Of a stretch of DNA of 57,089 nucleotides, positions 21,520 through 31,300 are shown piece after piece (the first letter of the stretch is position 1; each line of letters opens with the position of its first letter). Both the position numbers and the translations under genes were made by a program. A model generated the notes under the pieces. It was not told the DNA's origin, searched no databases, and worked only from the letters and a program-made list of their open reading frames with translations. This DNA is from a virus, in IMG/VR virus record IMGVR_UViG_3300025867_000001; one strand, 5' to 3'.

Positions 21520-23598
21520 TCAATATTGTCCTCCTCCACGTGCATTAGTAAAGAGACGGATTTGGAAGGAACATTCAACTCTCGTTAGAGAATTAGGAGT
21601 AATCTTTATTTTATGTGTTCCACGCAAAATATTACCATTCGCGTTTTTACTCATGAATGCAATCAAGTTAACGTCTGTCACAGATGCACTATATGTCCCA
21701 ATAGAGACATCATCCAAATAAATAGTCATCGAGGATCCGGATGGACCTTTGTAGATCCCATACTCTATATCATGCGTATGGTTTGGTAATGAAATTTGAT
21801 GTGAGTGAGGGCTAATCGGGACGCTATGAGTATGTGATTCAAGCGAAATTGTGTGCGTGTGCGACGGCACTGTAACATAGTGATTGTGCCCACCAATATT
21901 AATACTATGATTATGCTGAGGAATGGTCACAGTATGCGTGTGACTTGGTATGTTAATTGAGTGATAGTGGTCGCCTGAGGGAACCCAACCAGGATGCGTG
22001 TAAACTAGCAAGTCTGTCACATATCCGGAGGTATTCTTTTGAGCAACGACATTAGTTACAATAACCGTGCCAAGGGGCACACCATGGTTATGAACAGTTG
22101 GGCCAGAAGTCGTACCGGCAAGCACATATGAAACGCTGACAGATTGGCTAGCCTCACCAGCATAACTCGATGTGGTTACTTGTTGAAAATTATACTCACT
22201 CGTTGTGTTGACCTGTCCACCAGAAGTTGTGGTAGGCGACGAACTGCCTCCCTGCCCAGTTTGAGTATTTACAATTCCTCCGCCAGCGTACGTCGTAGGC
22301 GTTGACCCACCACCGGCTTCGGTCGTTGTTACGCCAGATCCGCCACCTTTGATTGCTCTACTATAAGCCCTAAAAGGTGTTAGCCGAGCATTGAACCGTA
22401 TCTCGTTAACGTGCACAGCGTTTTCTGGAATTATAAAAGTCGCCTCAATTGGGTTGGAGGCGTCGGCGTTATCCATATATGAATCCATAAATATAGATTC
22501 ACTACCTTGGCTATAGGTCTCACTTATACGTTGCCGGTCCGCCAGCTCCGCCATACTTGAGCTTATGTCCACTGTGCCATTTCCCACAACAATCTGACCA
22601 GAACGTGGCGCACCAGTCAAATCATCTTTACTAATTTGTTTGACGATCATGTATTCGTCCAGGGAACCAGTAACCACACGGACTGTATCGCCTATTCGCA
22701 AATTAGCAGCATTGTAAACGGTCTGGATGTTTATGTCGTACGTTATCGCCGGCTCTTCAAGCTTCTTAAGCATTGCTTCGCCTACAGCCTTAAGAGACTC
22801 GGCAACGGTAATCTTTTCATCCGTCCAGACCTGAGTAATTATTCCGTACTTCGATACATTCGGGGATTCCAAATAAGGAATATCATCATTAATTTCGGCG
22901 ATACCAAGCTTGTTATCTCCGTCACCGTAGCCATAACAATATAAACGAGTTGTCAAATTTGATGGATCAACGGTTTTTACAACACCGGAGAGGTTTTTCT
23001 TATAGCGAATATCAGTCACAGGTATCGGCGAAACTTTTTGCAATCTTAGCTGCCATGGGTACACCGTTGTATCAAAGTCCCAATAGTAATCGGTTTCACT
23101 AAAGGGCGTTACAATGGAATATAACGCAGACAAAAGATTTTCATCCTGCCAGCCATATAAATATTCATGCTCATAGTCGCATCTTTGCAACACCCATCGA
23201 CTTTGTGATTGTTGCTCCAAAATATAAGCAATCGCTTGACTGGTGTAAACCTCGGTATCGCCAATTTCGTGCCAACCGAGCATAACGTCATCCAATAGAG
23301 TGGACAGAACGTGCTCAAGACGGTACTCAATATAGGCACCCACACCTAACGATTCCTCAGTCTGTGGCAAAATGCGGAATAGCCCAATATAACGGTCGCC
23401 ACCACCACCATCGATATCCCAAATCTCAATTAAATTAAAAGATTCGCAATACTTGGTCTTGTAGTCACCAAATGGTAATTTGAAAGATGCGGTCCATAAA
23501 GCATTTATTGGCTGCATATAACTTATGTTATATGCATTTTGTAGATAGGCAAGACGTTTCATAGTATGCCCATCGTAAACAGTTAATGGTTTAGCCAT
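21520..23598 (-). CDS. Tail-associated protein (Tal, prophage-tail-endopeptidase-like N-terminus) with a C-terminal HxH repeat fibre.
   Basis: Tal-like N-terminus (VYDGHTMKRLAYLQNAYNISY...), then about 9 HxH repeats: HYHSINIPSHTHTVTIPQHNHSINIGGHNHYVTVPSHTHTISLESHTHSVPISPHSHQISLPNHTHDI. Confidence 0.65.
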   Translation of the reverse strand: MAKPLTVYDGHTMKRLAYLQNAYNISYMQPINALWTASFKLPFGDYKTKYCESFNLIEIWDIDGGGGDRYIGLFRILPQTEESLGVGAYIEYRLEHVLSTLLDDVMLGWHEIGDTEVYTSQAIAYILEQQSQSRWVLQRCDYEHEYLYGWQDENLLSALYSIVTPFSETDYYWDFDTTVYPWQLRLQKVSPIPVTDIRYKKNLSGVVKTVDPSNLTTRLYCYGYGDGDNKLGIAEINDDIPYLESPNVSKYGIITQVWTDEKITVAESLKAVGEAMLKKLEEPAITYDINIQTVYNAANLRIGDTVRVVTGSLDEYMIVKQISKDDLTGAPRSGQIVVGNGTVDISSSMAELADRQRISETYSQGSESIFMDSYMDNADASNPIEATFIIPENAVHVNEIRFNARLTPFRAYSRAIKGGGSGVTTTEAGGGSTPTTYAGGGIVNTQTGQGGSSSPTTTSGGQVNTTSEYNFQQVTTSSYAGEASQSVSVSYVLAGTTSGPTVHNHGVPLGTVIVTNVVAQKNTSGYVTDLLVYTHPGWVPSGDHYHSINIPSHTHTVTIPQHNHSINIGGHNHYVTVPSHTHTISLESHTHSVPISPHSHQISLPNHTHDIEYGIYKGPSGSSMTIYLDDVSIGTYSASVTDVNLIAFMSKNANGNILRGTHKIKITPNSLTRVECSFQIRLFTNARGGGQY

Positions 23599-23616
23599 CT
23601 AGGAAACGTCCCTCCC

Positions 23617-24396
23617 TTACAACCATCGATTTTGCCAAATTGCAGTCACATCCATATGTTCTGCGGAATCAGTATTGATAGCTATTTCATTATCGCCCGG
23701 AGATAGTTCAAAAAATATCGAATCGGTTGTCACAGAACTAACGTCTTCAATACTGTTGAATAGAACGGTTAGTAGATCAGTATCGATTATAACCGTCTCA
23801 CCAGGCAATAGGTTAATGTCTTCAAGAGTAAAGGACTTTTCATTCAAAGCACTAAGTCGGCGAAGAGTAAACACTGACGCCCCAGACATAGCAATCGTTA
23901 TGGGTATCTGGAAATTCAGATTTTTGACCGTCATCAAACTTCCAGAAGATAGGTTGACATTATCAAGAAATGCAAGACTATTTATTTCAATACCAACATC
24001 GCTGACCCCAACAAATGAAACATTCAAATTTTGCAGGACCAATACCCTATTATCGATTTCCAATGACGCGTAACCCGAGAGATTTGCACTCAGTGGCATC
24101 CGCAGATTCATGTTGACTGTAACATCGCCACTGGCTTTAATATTGGTTATCGGAACCTGATAAAAGACTACTGTCAATTCATTAATTCCACCGGAGCCAG
24201 AGAATTCTGTCCCAAATAAGGCAGAGGCGTACAATCCAGGAACCAAGGATGAGGAACCACTAAAGGATATAGAAATAGGAGTCGGGAACCCCATGTTTAA
24301 CTGAAGGGCTCCCGATGCAACAATGCTGATACTTATCCCACTTGAGGAGACGCTTCTGTCGAAAGCGTTCCTGTCGAATTGAATCCTATCGAACAT
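23617..24396 (-). CDS. Siphovirus tail component (Dit-like C-terminal signature).
   Basis: C-terminal part: LLPGETVIIDTDLLTVLFN...ELSPGDNEIAINTD...IWQNRWL. Confidence 0.5.
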   Translation of the reverse strand: MFDRIQFDRNAFDRSVSSSGISISIVASGALQLNMGFPTPISISFSGSSSLVPGLYASALFGTEFSGSGGINELTVVFYQVPITNIKASGDVTVNMNLRMPLSANLSGYASLEIDNRVLVLQNLNVSFVGVSDVGIEINSLAFLDNVNLSSGSLMTVKNLNFQIPITIAMSGASVFTLRRLSALNEKSFTLEDINLLPGETVIIDTDLLTVLFNSIEDVSSVTTDSIFFELSPGDNEIAINTDSAEHMDVTAIWQNRWL

Positions 24397-24418
24397 CCGG
24401 CGTCACCTCCTCAAATAC

Positions 24419-24814
24419 TTAGGTCTCTGCTACCGTCAGAGATCCTATAGGAATAATCGGCTGAACTCCCTGGTTAAGCTGATAGGTTGCGGCAAGGGGG
24501 CCGTAATAAATTAGATCACCACCAGATTGAGCAGAACGAAGAGCCGCATAAGCGATAGATCCACTTGCACTGGGAACAACCGCGAACTGAATAAGGTTTG
24601 AATTCTGAATTATAGCAGAACCGCCGGACAGCTGAGGAGCCGAGAAAGTTACTGCCTGTCTCTGATAACCCGAATAACTCGCTTCAGTGCCTGTATCGGC
24701 ATCTGTGGGGTTTGTGGCATACAGCGCCAAATATAACTGCGCCGGCTGCGTGACAGACTGGTTACGGGCTAAAAAGTTCAGAACCATTGTCTTCGATGTA
24801 TTTGATTTAGGCAT
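24419..24814 (-). CDS. Hypothetical tail-associated protein.
   Basis: 131-aa ORF between two Dit-like genes. Confidence 0.55.
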   Translation of the reverse strand: MPKSNTSKTMVLNFLARNQSVTQPAQLYLALYATNPTDADTGTEASYSGYQRQAVTFSAPQLSGGSAIIQNSNLIQFAVVPSASGSIAYAALRSAQSGGDLIYYGPLAATYQLNQGVQPIIPIGSLTVAET

Positions 24815-24832
24815 TAGGTAGTACCTCCAATA

Positions 24833-25381
24833 TTAGTCGTTAATAAATTTGGACACAACGATTAGATTATGAATTGTATTTGTTCCGGTATTTTTTATGA
24901 TCAAGCGTATAGGCGTTGACACGGTTCCATCGGTTGTAATTGTAAAAGAATCCCCAGAATTTAAATCAAATTTTAATTCCTGAGCCGTCTCATAAGCAAA
25001 TGGATGGTTAATCGTGAATTCCAACTCAAACGCAGCGTACTGCATTGACATCTGTTTAACTGTGGGAGGGGAAGAGCTAAGGAATGCATTGTAATGCATC
25101 TCGGGTTCGTAATCGTACGTTAGCTCTCCTATCCCATCCAGCCATCCGGCAATAAGTCTGCATTGACGTTGTAAATTAGCACCTTCGGGGGCGACATATG
25201 TGCATAAAATAGATTCGACCCTAGCGTTGTATCCGCCATCCTCTTGAACAAACGCCTCTGATCGGCCAGGAATTTGAATTAGGGATCTTCGTTTCTCAGG
25301 AAATAAAACCTGATCCCTCGGTGTTTCAAAGACGCCATACACCGAACTATGAATGCCCTTAAAGGTAAATCCTCCTAACAA
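24833..25381 (-). CDS. Distal tail protein, N-terminal-domain type (TTG start).
   Basis: FTFKGIHSSVYGV...IQIPGRSEAF pattern immediately after the tape measure gene. Confidence 0.55.
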   Translation of the reverse strand: MLGGFTFKGIHSSVYGVFETPRDQVLFPEKRRSLIQIPGRSEAFVQEDGGYNARVESILCTYVAPEGANLQRQCRLIAGWLDGIGELTYDYEPEMHYNAFLSSSPPTVKQMSMQYAAFELEFTINHPFAYETAQELKFDLNSGDSFTITTDGTVSTPIRLIIKNTGTNTIHNLIVVSKFIND

Positions 25382-25395
25382 ATATAATCACCCCT

Positions 25396-28300
25396 TTAAT
25401 ACGAAAATGCTTTTAGTCCACGACCACGCATTGCTGTCTGTTGTTTATTATAAAGTTTCTGTGCAATATCGTCGATGTCGGCATCGGAACGAACCTGCAT
25501 TCCAGTAAGATTGAAATTATTATTAATGACAGTTGATGTTTCTACACTTCCATTTTGACGATCTTTCGTCGAGGCCGCCAACTTAGCAGACTGCTGAGCA
25601 ATTTGATAAGAATTGGAAGAATCAAGAAGATCGTTCGCCGTTTGAAATTGCCTTCTTGCAACAGACAAGTCAACAACTGGAGTAATTACTGGTGAGAACT
25701 CCGAGTCCGTGCCTTCGAGCATAGCCAAAGCATTGCCCATGGCAGCTATAATGTTTTGAGCCATTGTTTCGGTAGAGTCTTCGGCTTTTGACGAGTACGC
25801 AGTGATTCCCTTTGCGAATCCTTCAGATACAAAACGACCCATTGCCATAAAGATTTTTGATGGAGAACCTATGTCAAGCGCTTGGTTTGCTGCGGCAACA
25901 GCGGCATTAGCTAATGCCTGAGCTGCCAACTGTGCATACCAAGTTCCATCCCGCAATCCTGTTGCAAAAGACTGAGCAGCGTTAAGGCCAGCAGTATAAA
26001 ACCCAGTCGATGCACTTTCAACTTTGGTAACAAGATCGTCCATCTGCTGAGAAGTGTTTGTGACAACATTCCCAAGAGTAGTATCAAAGTTCTCTTCCAA
26101 AGTATCAAGTTGAACATCGATTCCATTATTAATGTCTTCGATTTTCTTCTTAAATACTTTGTTGAGTTCATCAAGTTCCTCGGTTGACTTCTCTTTGACC
26201 GTCTTCATTGTATCAGCGAAGTTCTCTTTGATGGTCTTGAGCTGGTCCTCGAGATTTTCATTAATCTCGGTCATTTCTTTATCAAAGTTAGTCTTCAACT
26301 CTTCTAATTTTGCTGCGGCCTCGTCATTTGCTTGCTGAGTATTTTCCGCAAGGGTTTGCTGAGCCTGGGCCAATTTTGATTCAAGGTCACTGTTAATCTC
26401 AGCTAACTTTTGAGAATACGTCTGAGCAAGGTCATTCAGATCGGACGAACATTGCTGATCAATATTGCTCATTGTTGACTGGAATGTAGTCTCGAGGTCA
26501 GCTAACTCGGTCCCCGCGTCAGAGATGAGCTGACGGATGTTTTCGTTCGTCGACTCTCTAAGACCGACCAGTTCGGCTTCCGCTTGAGTCCTGGCAAATG
26601 CATATTTTCCTTGGAATAAGCTAACATATTCATCAAGTTGCTCATCAGTTAAAGTTAAAAGAGCCTTAATCTGGGCTTTTGATGAAGGACCCATTTTCTG
26701 CAGTTCTTCAATAAGTGCCTCACTGACACCACGGGCTCGAAGGGCTTCAAGACTCTGTTGCCATTCGGATAAGGCCGCACCTTGGTCCCGAAGATTCTGG
26801 AGTAATTCCTCGCCTGTGACCTCTTCGTCTGGTTTGACTTCATCAAATAAACCATATGCTCCGTAGATAGCATCAGCCCGAGATTTAACAGCATCTTCGT
26901 ATGCCTTATTCTGAGCATCAATGTCACTTAAAAGCTTCTGATTTATCTCTTTTTGCTTGTTAGCATAGTCCTCGCGGGCCCGAATCCTCTCGTCCTCGGC
27001 CCGCTTTAAAATATCGTTGTACGAATTGGAGTATTCTTGGTCTGCTGCCTGACGCTTTTGTTGGGCATCTGCGTATGCATCGGCAACGGTATCATTATAT
27101 GCTTTCTGGTAATCTGCCAGTTTGGACTGGAGGTCCGCATTAACTTGGGCTACTGCATCCGCATATTCTTTCTCAAGAGCTAGGCGATCCTCCGCAGCCT
27201 TTTTCTGTGCTGCGGCAATGTCCTCAATATATTGTTTCTGAGCCTCATAGATTTGCTTTTCGAGAGTATAAATCTCACGGTCAATTCTCTTTCGCTCTTC
27301 AGAACCCTCGGCATACTCAGCTCGGATGGCTTTATACGCTTCTAATTCTTCCTCCAGCGATAACTGCCCATAAAATTTCCTTTCATCGAGAGTCGCTTGT
27401 AATTTATCTAATAAGCTCTCAACAGCCTCTTCTGCCTTCTCAACATTTTTTGAGTCCTTAAGGGAATCCGCAAGACCATCCGCAATATTATCCCCAATCG
27501 AGTTACCGATATCAGTACCGGCTGAGCCCAATGCATCCCCGATTTTAGACCCAATATCTGCGTCCTCAACCGTAGACTGGAATTGCTCCAACAGGGCTTC
27601 GATTCCCTTGGTCAAGCTGCTACTATTAGTCGCGTCAGCTAATGTCTCGGAGATACCATCAAGTGTAAATTTGCTGGTATCAATCCCTAAGTTTTTTGCT
27701 AAGTTTAGTAACCAGTCTTTGACCGAGGTCATTCCGCTACCAAGGCTCTTAGGTAGCCATTCACCAATCTTGGCCCAAATATCACTTAGAGAATGAACCC
27801 CAAGAGCATCTCGGACTGCTTTTTCGGTGTCCAGAGCCATGTCCGTTGCAGCATCGGTAGCTAATTTGGTTTTACTTGTTATACCGAGTGCAAGTCCTGC
27901 GGTACACCATCCGCCAATTGTCATGAAGACTTTGCTCGGGGAACTGGAATCAAATATACTTTTGGCCTTTGCAACGACACTATTGGCAACATCAGCAATA
28001 GCAGTTAGTAACGATTTTTTCTCTGTCTGACTCTCAATCCCAGACTTTAATCCCTTAAGTAAATCTTCGCCAAGGGTCTTAAACTTTTTCTTATATGTTT
28101 CCGTCTTCCCAGGGAGATCCTTCGCAATTCCCTCGATGTTGTCAATAATGGGTTGCTTATTATCCGTAACCGCCTTATTGGCTTCTGTAAGAATCGCAAT
28201 AATTGCATCAATATATGGTTTCTTATTATTTTCAAAAGACTTCTTGGCATTGGCCATAACCTCGGCGCCGACTACCGCAAATGATTCATTAATCTGGCCT

Positions 28301-31300
28301 AAGGCCTCTACAGCCGGACCAACATTTGAGAAGTCAACGCCTACTAATAAATCTACAAAGCCAACAAAGTCCTTGCCAAAATCTGTTAATGGAGTATTCT
28401 TGCTGAATAATTTAAAGAACCCGGACCGGTTGTCAGTGATTTCGCCAATGTCACCAGCAAGAGTTGCAAAGTTCTTAAGGGCCGGAAGCATCACATCAGC
28501 CATTGTCTGGAGATTGGATGTCCCGGTACTCAATAACGTCGAGTCAATATCTCCGAATGTTGAAACAATGCCGGCAACACTTTCTGAGAATGTGGCTATA
28601 TCATTATCCCCGAAGAATTTCGAGATGTTACCGCCACTATTTGGGATGTACCTCGCAACATCGGCAAATCTCTTTAGATTAGTTGCCATTGGGAGCATGG
28701 CCTCGAGCGCTGCACTGGCGGGTTTAACATCGTTTTCGACATCAAGGCCTTCCAGATATCCAACGAAACCACTAAGCATCAATCCAAATGTGTCAATATC
28801 ATTCTCGCCAAGAAAATCCCCAAGAAAGCCACCACTATTCGGAATTTCTTTTGCCGAATTAGCAAGCGTTTTAAGATTATCTGCTATCGGAGCTAATTCG
28901 GCCAGAATATTCTTAGCATGATTGGCGGCATGTAACGACATACCTTCGCCATTGAGAGCATTGATAAAACCTTGCAGCATTCTTCCGTATATATCAATGT
29001 CATTATTACCAACGAAGTCTCCAAGGAAGCCGCCACTATTCGGGATCGTTTTAGCAGCGGTTGCTACCTTCTCGAGATTTTCCGCCATCGGTGCGAGGGC
29101 GGCTAAGATATCCGTAGCTCCATTCGCATCATCAACTGAGACTAACTTCAGAGCTTCAATAAGCCCAACCAATTGTAAACCGAATTTCTCCATTGGGGAT
29201 AGGCCAAAGTTTACAAGTCGCGATATCCCATCAAGTATCGCTGCCCCTGTAATTGCCAATACCGCAGCTGCCAAGTCACCAATTCCAGAGAAGGAACCAG
29301 GCTTTACCTCACTTAATGCTGCGGCAAACCCAGCGATTCCCTCGCCAATACCGGTTAATGTTTCTATTGCAAAGCCACCGATAAAGGCCCCGATAAACCG
29401 TCCAATACCTTCGGCAACCGAAACTAATAAGTCAATTCCATTTTGAAGAGATTCTGAGTTCTCCTTATAAAAGAGGTTAAGCAGTTCAGCGAGACCGACA
29501 AAAGCAAGAACAATAGCACCGACTGAAACAACTGCCGCGACTACACCAAGAAGAACTGGACCAATTCCGGCACCGAGGGCTGCCAAGGGTCCGCTAAGCA
29601 ACGAAATAGCGGTAACCATTACACCAATTAACGCAATACCGGCTACGAATTTCCCAAAATCTGACCACTCTATCTGCTTAAGCTTATCATTGACTAAAGA
29701 TATAGCAACGAATAAGCCAGCAGTTGCGGCAATCACTGCAGCTAAAGTCGCAAAGGCAGGTATAAGATTCATCAGTTGTTTGCCAATCTTACTCCATGAT
29801 GCTCCTGCATAATTATTCTTAATTAAGGCATTAAACGCCGCAAGCAACAAACCAATCCCTGCAACACCAGTCGCAAATTTGCCAAGGGTGTCCCAGTCCA
29901 CTGAATCAATAATTGGTGCTATATACTTTAGTGCAACAAACAAGCCAACTGTGGCCCCGATAATGGCAACCAGTGTAACAAATGCAGGTATAAGATTTTT
30001 AAGAACACTAATCTTTTGAGTCCCTGCTTGAATCAAGGAAAGAGCTTTTATTACAGCGGCGATCGATAACGCCATACCAGAAATAGCTATTGCTGCGATC
30101 GCGAGAGAGACACTGGCACTACGTAAATCTTCAGCTGGAATAGCACTTAATAAAGCTAAAGATATGGTCAAAGCCAGGATTGCGGCAACCGTCCCGATTA
30201 GGACCCCAAAGGATTTTGCATCACCACTAATTTTTCCCACTAAAGCGGTTATTAGCTCAATAGCCCCTATAAGCCCAACCATTGCCGAGATCGTCAACAA
30301 TCCCTGCTGAATCTCTTCAATCGTAAAGTTTTTAAGTATTGCAATAATGGCAGTAAAAGCGCCCATAGTAAGCGCAACCGACAAGAGTATTTTCTGAGTT
30401 TTATTCCCTCCGCCAATTCGTGCAGAGGCCGCTGTAAGGAGCTCAAGGGCTGCGATGATCCCGCCCATTTTGGCAATAACGATTAATCCATTATCAATGG
30501 CTACCCCGGCTTTTCCCATCTCGCTGATAATGGCAATCAACCCAAGCATTGCAGCCATCCCAAGCGTAATGGAAAGTATGTTCGATTTAAACTTACTTCC
30601 TCCGCCTATCCGGCCGGCAACACCAAATAAAACTTCCATGGCGGCCAATACCAAACTTATAAGAGCTAAGTTTTTGAGACCACTGGTGATTGTATCTGTT
30701 TTGACCATAGAGAGGATCTTCATTACACCAAGCATAGCCAGAATTCCAACAGATAAACTGAGAATATTCTGACTGACCTTATTACTACCGCCTATCCGAG
30801 CAGCCAAACCAAATACGATCTCAGCAGCACCCAAAAGGGCCATAATTCCTGCAAGTTTAATAACACCCAGAGCAACCTCGTCCTCACTTATCCCGGACAA
30901 TAGCTTAACTGCCGCGACAAGTAACAATATACCAGCTCCAAAACTAAGGAAACCAAGATCCAATGTCCCTGCCCCAGGGAGCATCATAAGAAGGGTTGTA
31001 AGTACTTCATAGGCGGCCAATAGTCCGCCAATCGCGGCTAAAACTTTAACCGATCTCCAGACCGTACTCTCATCAATTTTGCTAATAGTCTTGAGTGCAA
31101 GGACCAAGATACCCAGAGCCGCAGAAACGCCAATGAGATTGAGCGCTTGCGCCTTAATGTCCTGAAGTCCAAGTTTCTTTGTTAGAAATCCTCCGGTAAG
31201 ATTAATTACCTGAAGAGCCGCATAGACCCCAATAAACTCGAGTAATGCCAAGCCAAGGGTCTTCAATGCATTTTTAGCCTTATCAGCTGGTATGGTAGAT

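Noticed and set aside
28136-28921. Long plus-strand ORFs, for example 28136..28921 (261 aa), 28922..29446, 20062..20550, 32146..32640 and 38607..39110.
   Set aside because: All lie antisense within long, well-supported minus-strand genes (TMP, fibre, capsid). They have low-complexity Ser/Pro/Ala-rich translations and lack SD sequences. They are shadow ORFs.
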